From IMG/VR virus record IMGVR_UViG_3300022902_000008: DNA of 64,000 nucleotides; one strand, 5' to 3'. This document shows, piece after piece, positions 48,479 to 57,272 of this stretch (its first letter is position 1; every line of letters begins with the position of its first letter). The stretch is from a virus. The position numbers were made by a program, and so were the translations under genes. Below the pieces are notes generated by a model. The model was given only the letters and a program-made list of their open reading frames with translations, made no database searches and was not told the DNA's origin.

Positions 48479-50884
48479 ATGCGAAAAGATGAAACGAAAA
48501 ATATTGTAAGCTTTGATTTTGACTCTACTTTGTTAAAATATAAATATGATACAGATTATGGCCAAGTTGTTGAAGGGCCTTCTGAACAGATGATAAAAAA
48601 ACTTAAGAGTTATAAAAACAAAGGATATAAAGTATATATTGTTACTGCAAGAATTGATTGGGGTGATCAAAACTTTAACTATGGTGTCTCAATGGATCAT
48701 CCAAATTACAATCCAACACCAGAAGAGTTTGTTGAACAATATAAATTGCCTGTTGATGGTATTTATTATACAAACAATGAGCTTAAGGTTGACACATTAA
48801 AAGAATTAGGAGTTCAAATTCATTATGATGATGATGAAGAAGAAATAGAGGCTGCAAAGGATGGTGGCATTAATGCTGTTCAAGTCGACATATATAAAGA
48901 GGGTAAAGATAAAAAAATAGATAATATAAGCCACATAATCAATGAAGGAAAGTTTGAAAAAGAAACAACAGATATGTCCAGGTTTATTATCAATGAACTG
49001 ATTAATAACATAAAAGGCAATTATTTTCTAAAAGGATCAGCAACTGAAGAAAATTATTTTGCAATACCAGAAAAACATTATAAATCTATACCTGGGATAA
49101 GTTTGGCTGCATATATCGTGACTCCTGATACTAAAGAAGTAAAGGTGCCAAAAGATACAATATTAATGAGTGGAGAATACATTCCTGATAATGGGGCGTT
49201 GTTTGTAGATATAACTTTGGGTAAAGATATGGTTCGGTGGGAGAACGCTAAGGAAAAAATGAGCCTTATTGTAGCGAACCTTAAAGACACAATAAGGCAT
49301 GAATTAGAACATAGCTCTCAAGATGCTAAAAGGTTTGAAAAGTTCATAAAAGTTGGCTATGAGTCCAACAATGAAAACATAGAAGAGTATTATTTAGATA
49401 GTACTGAAGTTGAAGCATATGTTGCTGGCTTATATAAGATGGCTAAGATGCAAAAGAGATCATTTATTAAACTAATTAATATATATCTTAAAGCTATTAT
49501 AAAACCCCAAGCTCAAGAGGCTAAAATCAAAGATGTTGATGGGTTTTTGGAGAAAATTAAAAACAAATGGGTTTTGTATGCGAAAAAGAGGTTTCCAAGA
49601 GCACAGCTAAGCGAAGCCAGGACTGGCGAAGACCCAAGAATTAGCATTGTTGATCAATTAAAACCATACTCTGATGATCCGTATGCAATGTTACATATGT
49701 CAGACTCAACTAAGGTGGGAATTAATGTTAAATCAGCGGGTAAATTTGACACTCCAGTAGGAATTTATTTTTATCCCATCAAGTTAATGTGGGCAGACAT
49801 TTCTAAGTGGAGCCTCCCATATGCAGGTGAGCGTAAAAATGTATTTATTGCTAAGTTAGATAAAGATATTAAGTTATTAAGGTTTGATAATTATTTTGAA
49901 AAAAGTTACAATGAAGACATTAAAAGGCTAAAGAGTTTTTGGGAAGGCTTGTCTTTAGATAGGAAAAGGAAAGTTGTATATGCATTTGATGCAAACAAAT
50001 TTAGTCTTGCAGACAAAAACATTAATGAGTTTATAGATAAAATTATTAATGAGTTCAGCCGACATAGAGATTCAAGGCTTTCATATGATGCGTTTAAAAT
50101 ATATAAATTGTGTTTGATTTTGGCTGAGGGAGGTCGGAACACTACTCGATGGTCTGTCATAATAAACAAAATATTAGGTTATGACGGGGTTTATGACCCC
50201 GGCCTGGGCTTTATTCATGACAATGAGCCAGAGCAAGTTCTTGTATTTAGTAGCAATAAATTTAAAGTTAAAAAGTTGTTTAAGAATAAACAATATCATG
50301 TAATTACAATTATGAGTGAGTTGTTTAAAAATCATGACTTAGATAATCATAAATATATGTTAGATTATTTTCATACATTTGCTAAATTGCATAAGTTTAT
50401 AAGTACAATTAAGGTTATCAAAAACAATAGGCTTCCTAAAGAAATAAAACATTTATCAAAACATAAAGAGCAAGTTTGGAAAAATATTATATATTTTATA
50501 ACAAACATATTGCCAAAAGAAAAAGTTCTTATTAATTATAATAAATTTAATTTTATTAAACATGCTTATTTTAGTGAAAAACTTTTTGACAATGAGGTCT
50601 TTTTAGAATTTTTGGTTAATTTATATGATAAAGATAGTTTATATCACTATCTTTCAGAACAAAATATATTTGAAATTGTTAAACAACTGTTATCTAACAA
50701 TAAGCTTAAAAATAGTGATGGTGTATTTAATCTTTTAAAAGATTTTTACTTGGATCACAACGTAAAGGTTCGAGTGAAACATGACATATTTGTGGATGTT
50801 GTAAAGTTGATAGAAGAAAACAACATAACAAACCAAGATCTTATTCAGTGGCTAAAAAGTAAGAACATTATTAAAGATAAATAA
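48479..50884 (+). CDS. Polyvalent protein: HAD phosphatase + HExxH zincin + ART-like domain
   Basis: DFDSTL/VTAR/HYDDD; IRHELEH..EVEAY; TPVGIYFYP...GYDGVYDPG..IHDNEPEQVLVF. Confidence 0.65.
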   Translation: MRKDETKNIVSFDFDSTLLKYKYDTDYGQVVEGPSEQMIKKLKSYKNKGYKVYIVTARIDWGDQNFNYGVSMDHPNYNPTPEEFVEQYKLPVDGIYYTNNELKVDTLKELGVQIHYDDDEEEIEAAKDGGINAVQVDIYKEGKDKKIDNISHIINEGKFEKETTDMSRFIINELINNIKGNYFLKGSATEENYFAIPEKHYKSIPGISLAAYIVTPDTKEVKVPKDTILMSGEYIPDNGALFVDITLGKDMVRWENAKEKMSLIVANLKDTIRHELEHSSQDAKRFEKFIKVGYESNNENIEEYYLDSTEVEAYVAGLYKMAKMQKRSFIKLINIYLKAIIKPQAQEAKIKDVDGFLEKIKNKWVLYAKKRFPRAQLSEARTGEDPRISIVDQLKPYSDDPYAMLHMSDSTKVGINVKSAGKFDTPVGIYFYPIKLMWADISKWSLPYAGERKNVFIAKLDKDIKLLRFDNYFEKSYNEDIKRLKSFWEGLSLDRKRKVVYAFDANKFSLADKNINEFIDKIINEFSRHRDSRLSYDAFKIYKLCLILAEGGRNTTRWSVIINKILGYDGVYDPGLGFIHDNEPEQVLVFSSNKFKVKKLFKNKQYHVITIMSELFKNHDLDNHKYMLDYFHTFAKLHKFISTIKVIKNNRLPKEIKHLSKHKEQVWKNIIYFITNILPKEKVLINYNKFNFIKHAYFSEKLFDNEVFLEFLVNLYDKDSLYHYLSEQNIFEIVKQLLSNNKLKNSDGVFNLLKDFYLDHNVKVRVKHDIFVDVVKLIEENNITNQDLIQWLKSKNIIKDK

Positions 50885-51351
50885 TGAAAAAGCTGTTAAA
50901 AAAAATAATAATAGAAGAAACAAAAGAATTATACTATAATGAGTTTAAAGAGAGGTTGAAGAGGGTTAAAGCAAAAAATTCATTAATGTTAGATGATTAC
51001 GATAGCTTAGAGGTTGTTCCAATTCGCATATTAGACTTAGCTGCATTTGGAATATCTGATGGGGAATATAAGGTTCCATTAAATATGATAAATATTGTTT
51101 ACAATGATCTTGAAATTGCAGAAGGTGAGATTGATCTTAAAGTAAAAAGCGGACAATTTAATAATAACATAGAATGGGCAAAAACTGTTTTATTTAAAGA
51201 GCCAATTGAGATAAAATATAAGAGTGGAGGGTTTCAGTTGGAAGATGGTCATCACAGATATTATGCAGCAAAACTATTAAACAAACCTTGGCTTTTATCT
51301 GAAATTACAATTGATGATAGCCCAATTAAAGAGTTAGAAAGAAATGAATAG
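50884..51351 (+). CDS. ParB/sulfiredoxin-like domain protein
   Basis: EPIEI...LEDGHHRYYAAKLL. Confidence 0.7.
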   Translation: MKKLLKKIIIEETKELYYNEFKERLKRVKAKNSLMLDDYDSLEVVPIRILDLAAFGISDGEYKVPLNMINIVYNDLEIAEGEIDLKVKSGQFNNNIEWAKTVLFKEPIEIKYKSGGFQLEDGHHRYYAAKLLNKPWLLSEITIDDSPIKELERNE

Positions 51352-51724
51352 CGGTCTTATAGTTTCGAAATGTTTATTTTGTGGTGAATTAAATGTAATG
51401 ATCATTTATCCTAAGCATGAAAATTATTCTTGGTTTAAAGTTGCATTTGAAAACACTAATGCTTTTTTAATGGCAAAAGATAAAATGATTGTTATTGATG
51501 GCAACAAGGTAAGTCAAAGTTGGTTTAAAAGAAAACATATGCTAATTATTCAAGCTCATGAAGCAGCACATTATTTGATGGGACATACGAAAGAAACTGA
51601 TTGTACCGATGAGTTGGAACATGAAGTGGATCTGTTTGCAATAGAATTGTTAAAAAAACATAATTATGAAAAAGTAATTGAGTTTTACAAAGACTTTATA
51701 GGGGAAAAAAATGAAACTAAATAA
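51344..51724 (+). CDS. HExxH metallopeptidase (ImmA/IrrE-like)
   Basis: AHEAAHYLMGH...EHEVDLFA. Confidence 0.7.
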   Translation: MNSGLIVSKCLFCGELNVMIIYPKHENYSWFKVAFENTNAFLMAKDKMIVIDGNKVSQSWFKRKHMLIIQAHEAAHYLMGHTKETDCTDELEHEVDLFAIELLKKHNYEKVIEFYKDFIGEKNETK

Positions 51725-52175
51725 GAAAATTATTAACAAAATTATTAAAGAAATCAAAGAGGATAACAAACAAAAGTATGAAAGTTTCTTAAGTGAACTT
51801 AAAAATGTTGGTTTCGATGTCAAAAATACTTATTATGCAAAGTTAGCAAGTAGCAAAAATGTTATATTTTTTGATTTTGATAGCAGCTTGTTTATGGAGT
51901 GGAATGGAAAAGAGTACGAAAATCTTTCACCTAAAAAAATAACATATAAAGAACTTAAACTAGGAATGATGGGGATGAAGTTAAGAAGTTGGGAGAATAT
52001 ATATTTCACAGAGTTAGAAAGGGGAACAAATCTAATTTTCAACCTTAATAGTTATGACGAAGTTGTAGAAGATGTTGGTGGTAGTGGTGACAGGTTAAAA
52101 TTTTTAGACTTATTGAAGGTCACAAGCAATTATGGTTTTGAAGACTTCGGGACAGGAGAACATTTTAAAGGTTAA
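51711..52175 (+). CDS. Hypothetical protein, probable head-internal protein
   Basis: N-terminus MKLNKKIINKIIKEIKE. Confidence 0.55.
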   Translation: MKLNKKIINKIIKEIKEDNKQKYESFLSELKNVGFDVKNTYYAKLASSKNVIFFDFDSSLFMEWNGKEYENLSPKKITYKELKLGMMGMKLRSWENIYFTELERGTNLIFNLNSYDEVVEDVGGSGDRLKFLDLLKVTSNYGFEDFGTGEHFKG

Positions 52176-52177
52176 TA

Positions 52178-52921
52178 ATGGAAGAACCACAACAAAAAAA
52201 GAGAAACATAGTAAGAAAGGATAGGGTTTGCCCTATTTGCAAGCGTGTGTTTAAAAATGCTCCCCCTCAAGCTTTACAAATGCATATTTTCAGAGCACAT
52301 AAAAAAGAAGGGCAATATGATACATGGTCAGAGAAAACTAAAAAAAGGTGGGAAGACAAAAAGGAAAGAAAGAAGACTGGCAGAAAGCCAGGAAGAAAAA
52401 AGAATCCTGAAAATTATATCAACTTTAATTGTGCTGAATGTGGGAAAGAGGAAGAGATACGAATAAGGATATATGAAAAGAGAAAGAAGAAAAATAAAGG
52501 TGGGTTAATGTTTTGTAGTATTCAATGCTCTTTAAAGTATTATAGAAGAGATGACATAACAAGAAGTCTGCTACAAGAAAGTTTAATGAGGGCTGAGCTT
52601 GCTTGTGAAAATTGTGGGTTTGATGACATTATTATGATGTATTATATTGTATACCCAGGTCAAAAAGGATTTAAGTTTAATGTAAATAATACAATTGTTT
52701 TGTGTCCTAATTGTAGGGTGTTGTGGAGAATGGGTAAGGCAAAAATAGACTCAGAAACAAGAGAGTACAAAAGAACTGACATTGCTACTGAAGAAGAAGA
52801 ATTATATGACATTGATACAGATAAAATATTTGATAGTATCGGTGATATTGATACAATTATGGAAGAACATAAAGAAAAAAAGCAAAATAAGGAACAATTG
52901 ACATGGGAACAAGTAGATTAG
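52178..52921 (+). CDS. Multi-zinc-finger / degenerate HNH-like protein
   Basis: CPIC..H...H, CAECG, FCS..C, CENCG...NTIVLCPNC. Confidence 0.7.
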   Translation: MEEPQQKKRNIVRKDRVCPICKRVFKNAPPQALQMHIFRAHKKEGQYDTWSEKTKKRWEDKKERKKTGRKPGRKKNPENYINFNCAECGKEEEIRIRIYEKRKKKNKGGLMFCSIQCSLKYYRRDDITRSLLQESLMRAELACENCGFDDIIMMYYIVYPGQKGFKFNVNNTIVLCPNCRVLWRMGKAKIDSETREYKRTDIATEEEELYDIDTDKIFDSIGDIDTIMEEHKEKKQNKEQLTWEQVD

Positions 52922-53397
52922 TTAAAGAATGGCAAGGAAGTCTTCAAGAGCAAAATGGAAATGTTAATTTTACAAACTGGGTAAGGCCTGATCATGATGC
53001 AATTAGGTTAGAATATGATGTTGAGTATAAAAACCATATTGTATATTCTTTTGGAGATATTTTTCCAACTTTGGAGGACTTTGAAAGGGCTGTAAAGGAT
53101 GGTGAAATAGTTAGCTTAACTAAAAGCTTAGACTCAATGGTTGATAACAGAAGTAGAACGAAAAATATGAAGCAATTAACTAGCTTGTTAAAATCATATA
53201 GATCATGGCCAGAGTTTAGAAACGAAAAAACTACCCAAGCAATTGTTGACGGTTTTAAAAACAATGAACCAATGAAAATGCCATTTATCTTGGAATACGC
53301 ACCTGATGATTGGTGGATAATGTCTGGTAACACAAGGCTAGACATTGCATATATGATGGGAATTATCCCAAAAGTTATTATTATAAAAGGATATTAA
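52903..53397 (+). CDS. ParB-like domain protein
   Basis: MPFIL...IMSGNTRL. Confidence 0.55.
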   Translation: MGTSRLVKEWQGSLQEQNGNVNFTNWVRPDHDAIRLEYDVEYKNHIVYSFGDIFPTLEDFERAVKDGEIVSLTKSLDSMVDNRSRTKNMKQLTSLLKSYRSWPEFRNEKTTQAIVDGFKNNEPMKMPFILEYAPDDWWIMSGNTRLDIAYMMGIIPKVIIIKGY

Positions 53398-53399
53398 AC

Positions 53400-53630
53400 A
53401 TGAGAAGAAAAAAAAGAGTACAGTTTAATGTGGCAGAAAAAATTTGGGTATGTATTGAGAACATCATAGAAAGGTATGAGGGGGTGGGCAAAATAGTCGG
53501 GTCAGAATATAAAAAATATGGTTATTATTATGTTAAAATTCCGAAACCAATAAATCAAACATATGATCATTTAGTTTATTGGGATAAAATAAAGAAAATA
53601 AAAAATGGAGAACCGATTGAGCATGAATAA
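53400..53630 (+). CDS. SH3/KOW-like paralogue family protein
   Basis: FNVAEKIWV...YEGVGKIV. Confidence 0.7.
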   Translation: MRRKKRVQFNVAEKIWVCIENIIERYEGVGKIVGSEYKKYGYYYVKIPKPINQTYDHLVYWDKIKKIKNGEPIEHE

Positions 53631-53961
53631 CACTAAAAAACAAATAGAAAAATATATATTAGAACACATTAATGATGTAGAGAAACAAAAGATTATAAAT
53701 GAATTCATGGGGAGATTGCAAAATAAAATGATGTCAATAAAAACAGCAGAAACTCCAATGTCCGTTGCACAAGATATTGATAAAACTGTTGATGTAAATG
53801 TAATCAAACAAAAATATGGTGACAAATTTGTTAAAAAGATTATTGATCTTTATCTTTCTAGGGCAGAAGTCGAAGAGAGTGAAAAGAAAAAATGGGAAGA
53901 GGAAGTTAGACGACAGTTAGCTAACAGAAAGAAGCTTTGGGGAGAAAGTGAGGGGGTTTAA
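53605..53961 (+). CDS. Hypothetical helical protein
   Basis: In operon. Confidence 0.55.
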   Translation: MENRLSMNNTKKQIEKYILEHINDVEKQKIINEFMGRLQNKMMSIKTAETPMSVAQDIDKTVDVNVIKQKYGDKFVKKIIDLYLSRAEVEESEKKKWEEEVRRQLANRKKLWGESEGV

Positions 53962-54291
53962 TTGAAGTCAGGCAGCAAGCTTGGAGAATTAAATCTTTAT
54001 TTTCTTAATTTAGATCAAAAAACATTAGCAGATATGATTTGGAAAGTTAACATCCACCAAGCTCTTTACAAGGGAATAACAATTCCAGATCAAACTTATT
54101 ATGGCCCAGTCATTCTAGATAGAAGAAAAATTGGTTGGGATATATTATTATTTCCAAAAAAAATTAAAATGATTAAAACAAGTGAGTACTACATTGGCGT
54201 AGTAAGATCATCAGCTAACTTTAAAAGCGATAGCCTAGATCTTAATTATGCTATTCATTCAGAAGTGGTTAACAAACTAATAGAAATATGA
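53962..54291 (+). CDS. SH3/KOW-like paralogue family protein (divergent)
   Basis: DMIWKV...YYGPVIL...LFPKK. Confidence 0.6.
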   Translation: MKSGSKLGELNLYFLNLDQKTLADMIWKVNIHQALYKGITIPDQTYYGPVILDRRKIGWDILLFPKKIKMIKTSEYYIGVVRSSANFKSDSLDLNYAIHSEVVNKLIEI

Positions 54292-54297
54292 TATAAT
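54267..54297 (+). promoter_or_regulatory. GGTTAACA-class promoter (leaderless gene downstream)
   Basis: TTAACA-N17-TATAAT; ATG at 54305. Confidence 0.85.
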
Positions 54298-54304
54298 GTT
54301 TTTC

Positions 54305-54585
54305 ATGAAAAGAAAAAGCTATAAGGTTGGAGATACAATTTGGATTAAATCAGGATTACAAATGGAAAGTTTCATCGAACTGATGGTCCTGCTGCTGAAT
54401 ATCATGATGGATTAAAATATTGGTATCTAAATGATCAGTTTTATGATCACATCAAAGGAAAGTTGCACAACAACAACTTCCTGATATCAGACAAATATAC
54501 AGGACCAGTAATAATAACGGGAGGAAAAAATAAAACAAAGTTCATGAGAACAATGAACAACAAACACTTGGTAATTGAACCATAA
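54305..54585 (+). pseudogene. Out-of-frame chimera of an SH3/KOW-family 5' end and an HRTDGPA-repeat gene 3' end
   Basis: MKRKSYKVGDTIWIKS (frame stops at 54415), then in the -1 frame NGKFHRTDGPA...KGKLHNNNFL...VIEP* to 54585. Confidence 0.75.
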
Positions 54586-54834
54586 AAGCAAATTTATACA
54601 ACAAACAATATCAGATAAAATTTATATAACTAACAAAATAAATAATATCAATTTTTATTGCACACATAAGGCCCCAAACTGATACCTAAAAAACCAAACT
54701 TGACCTGTAATCAACTTGAATGTAAAGCCTATATACAACCATTGATTAATACTAGAATGATTTATAAGGGAAGTGAGAAACATTTCTGTTAAAATAAGGA
54801 CGAAAGTTATATAAGAAAATTGTCTGACTTAAAT

Positions 54835-54865
54835 GGTTAACAAAGTGAATGGTTTGTGGTATTGT
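54835..54865 (+). promoter_or_regulatory. GGTTAACA-class promoter
   Basis: TTAACA-N17-TATTGT, TGTG extension. Confidence 0.75.
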
Positions 54866-54883
54866 ATTTAAAAGGGAGGGTTC

Positions 54884-55237
54884 ATGAACAACAAGCCAAC
54901 AATGAAAGAATATTCTGATGGGACAAAAGAATGGTGGTTGAATGGAGCGTTGCACAGAGAGGATGGTCCGGCTGGAGAATATCCTAGTGGATCAAAACGT
55001 TGGTATTTAAATGGGCTTCTATATCGAGAAGATGGCCCTGCTGTTGAATGGGCTAATGGAGAGAAATTTTGGTGGTTAAATAGTCAAGATTATGAATATA
55101 CCAAAGGAAAGCTGCACAACAATAACTTCTTAACATCAGATCAATATACAGGGCCAATAATAATAATGGGGGGAAAGAATAAAATAAGGTTCATGAAGGC
55201 AACAAACAATAAACATTATGTTATTAAAGGCTATTAA
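54884..55237 (+). CDS. HREDGPA repeat protein, copy 2
   Basis: MNNKPTM.EY..G.K.WWLNG..HREDGPA; conserved tail. Confidence 0.85.
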   Translation: MNNKPTMKEYSDGTKEWWLNGALHREDGPAGEYPSGSKRWYLNGLLYREDGPAVEWANGEKFWWLNSQDYEYTKGKLHNNNFLTSDQYTGPIIIMGGKNKIRFMKATNNKHYVIKGY

Positions 55238-55240
55238 ATA

Positions 55241-55468
55241 ATGAACATCCAATATAAAGATATAAAAATCAATGATGTGGTCTGGTTTAAAACAATAAAT
55301 AATGAATATGGTTCTGGAATTGGAATTGTCATAGATAAACGGTGTGAAGAGGTAAATAAAATATATGTTAAAATTCCAACCATCCACTTAAATGAAGAAG
55401 GCTATAAACTTCATTATATATTTCCCTTTGAGATTAAAAAGATAATTAAAAAAGGTAAAACTAAATAA
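55241..55468 (+). CDS. SH3/KOW-like paralogue family protein
   Basis: IKINDVVWFK...SGIGIV. Confidence 0.7.
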   Translation: MNIQYKDIKINDVVWFKTINNEYGSGIGIVIDKRCEEVNKIYVKIPTIHLNEEGYKLHYIFPFEIKKIIKKGKTK

Positions 55469-55736
55469 ATTCAAGAAGTTTATGCATTTTAAAATAATTA
55501 AAATGATGAATGGATATTGTAATTGACTTGTTATATCTTGGCACAAGCCTGCCAATATTAACAGGATATAGATAATTTAAAACCTTGTGTGGAAAATAAA
55601 TAATAACAAGATCAGTATTGTTGCCACAAGAACAAACAATTGCAGGTCCAATATATAAACAATCAACACAGGCGTTGTTCGAATGATATATGTTAAGCAA
55701 ATGCCTGTTAATCCATATGTTGTGTTTGTTGGTCAA
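55461..55736 (-). CDS. SH3/KOW-like paralogue (IWIxK subfamily)
   Basis: IWINRH...YIGPAIV...FPHK. Confidence 0.7.
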   Translation of the reverse strand: MTNKHNIWINRHLLNIYHSNNACVDCLYIGPAIVCSCGNNTDLVIIYFPHKVLNYLYPVNIGRLVPRYNKSITISIHHFNYFKMHKLLEFI

Positions 55737-55990
55737 TCCAAAACCTCAATACATCCTTCAGATATTAAATAATCTAACTCAAGACCATTATAATAACCAA
55801 GTATGTCAGAAGATTGAACACGATTGTTAACTTTAATGTTAATCTTATAAGGAAAAGAAATGTAATAATCTGTTGAGCCAAACCTTGTTGTTGGCTTTAT
55901 AATACAAGGACCAATATAATTATAATAGAAGTTTGGAGGACTCGAACCCTCGATATGTTTATGAATCCATATTTTCCTTAATTTGTTCAT
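55733..55990 (-). CDS. SH3/KOW-like paralogue (IWIHK subfamily)
   Basis: MNKLRKIWIHKH...YIGPCII...FPYK. Confidence 0.75.
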   Translation of the reverse strand: MNKLRKIWIHKHIEGSSPPNFYYNYIGPCIIKPTTRFGSTDYYISFPYKINIKVNNRVQSSDILGYYNGLELDYLISEGCIEVLD

Positions 55991-56020
55991 GATTTATATA
56001 TCCTTTCTAATTGTAAACCC

Positions 56021-56353
56021 TTATTCATATGAGATAAAAAATAATAATCAAACATAACTGATTGCACCTTTAGATACCAAATTAATAAATAATTCATTGT
56101 TAATAACAGCAACATTATCCTTACAAAGAATACCAATTGCAGGAGGATAATTAATAACGTTTATCTTTTTAGGAAATAAAATATTATGATAATCAAAATT
56201 ATATTTCCTTATCCTTAATATTGCTGGGCCAATATAATCATAATAATAGTTTAGATTTGTACTTATGATATGTTTATGAATCCATATGTTTTTTAGTTTG
56301 TTCATGTGATCCTTTTATTCATATGAGATAAAAAATAATAATCAAACATAACT
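56021..56353. repeat. 39-bp perfect direct repeat (56021-56059, 56315-56353)
   Basis: ttattcatatgagataaaaaataataatcaaacataact occurs twice, spanning stop codons of adjacent paralogues. Confidence 0.9.
56048..56305 (-). CDS. SH3/KOW-like paralogue (IWIHK subfamily)
   Basis: MNKLKNIWIHKH...YIGPAIL...FPKK. Confidence 0.75.
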   Translation of the reverse strand: MNKLKNIWIHKHIISTNLNYYYDYIGPAILRIRKYNFDYHNILFPKKINVINYPPAIGILCKDNVAVINNELFINLVSKGAISYV

Positions 56354-56605
56354 AATATAACCTTCAGATAACAATCTTTCTAATTGTACATGTTCAAATG
56401 GTTGACCAAATTTAATATTATATTTATAATATATGCTTTTACTATTGTTGAATTTTGTTAATGTTACCTTTCTAGGAAATATAATATTATAATAACCAGA
56501 ATCAAATCGGCTTGTTGTCAATAAAGCAAAACCAATGTATTTATAATGATAATCTACATGATATGCAGTAGGCATTGTAATATTCTTATGAATCCATATA
56601 ACCAT
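56342..56605 (-). CDS. SH3/KOW-like paralogue (IWIHK subfamily)
   Basis: IWIHKN...YIGFALL...FPRK. Confidence 0.75.
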   Translation of the reverse strand: MVIWIHKNITMPTAYHVDYHYKYIGFALLTTSRFDSGYYNIIFPRKVTLTKFNNSKSIYYKYNIKFGQPFEHVQLERLLSEGYISYV

Positions 56606-56626
56606 TTTTTTTATATCCTTTTTAAT

Positions 56627-56775
56627 TGTGTATTATTGTTAATAACTTGTGAGTTATATAATTAATTGTTATGTAAAATAATAATTGTCAGTTTAATAGG
56701 CTTGATTGATGATTGCTTAAAGGGGGGTATAAATTTGACAACAATAACCAACAAATTCTCCACAAGTTTTCCACA
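56627..56775. promoter_or_regulatory. Cluster of DnaA-box-like 9-mers
   Basis: TTCTCCACA (56756) and TTTTCCACA (56767) forward; TGTGTATTA, TGTTAATAA, TGTGAGTTA (56627-56656) reverse. Confidence 0.5.
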
Positions 56776-56913
56776 ATCAAATAACAATAAACTTACAATA
56801 AACAACAAATACAATAATAACAATAAAACCAACAATCAGCAATATTTTTAACAAACCTTTTATCAACCGTATATATTGGCACGGTTATTGATTAGGTTTA
56901 TTTTATCAAGCAT

Positions 56914-56925
56914 ATGTCAAAGAGC
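56914..56925 (-). promoter_or_regulatory. boxA-like antitermination element
   Basis: GCTCTTTGACAT on the - strand just downstream of the 56953-56983 promoter. Confidence 0.6.
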
Positions 56926-56948
56926 TTATTTATTCTTTTGACTTCTAA

Positions 56949-57272
56949 CTACATTATAGCACAAGATGGTGTATTTGTTAACCTATTTGGGGGATTTATT
57001 TTATATAAAATGCTTTTTTTGCAAACTGAGAAGGCTTCGTATTTACTTATGAGAGCAAGGGAATTTATGGTATATGCAGTGCATGAGAAGTTTTTTAAGC
57101 TAAAAAATGTTCTTAAGCTAGGGTTTTCTGTTATTATTGCCAACCCCATATAGATTAATTTATTTTTTTTGATCTCATGATTATTTTCATGTTCAAAGTA
57201 AGCTATGACATGTTCATATACTTTAACCCAAACTATGTCACCTTTTTTATATTTTGGTTTGCTGTTATTCAT
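56949..57272 (-). CDS. SH3/KOW-like paralogue family protein
   Basis: KPKYKKGDIVWVK...YMGLAII. Confidence 0.75.
   Translation of the reverse strand: MNNSKPKYKKGDIVWVKVYEHVIAYFEHENNHEIKKNKLIYMGLAIITENPSLRTFFSLKNFSCTAYTINSLALISKYEAFSVCKKSILYKINPPNRLTNTPSCAIM
56953..56983 (-). promoter_or_regulatory. GGTTAACA-class promoter
   Basis: Reverse complement GG-TTAACA-N17-TATAAT. Confidence 0.85.

Noticed and set aside
214-54955. Numerous minus-strand and alternate-frame ORFs inside long genes
   Set aside because: Shadow ORFs with S/L/F-rich composition typical of antisense frames; no RBS or motifs.
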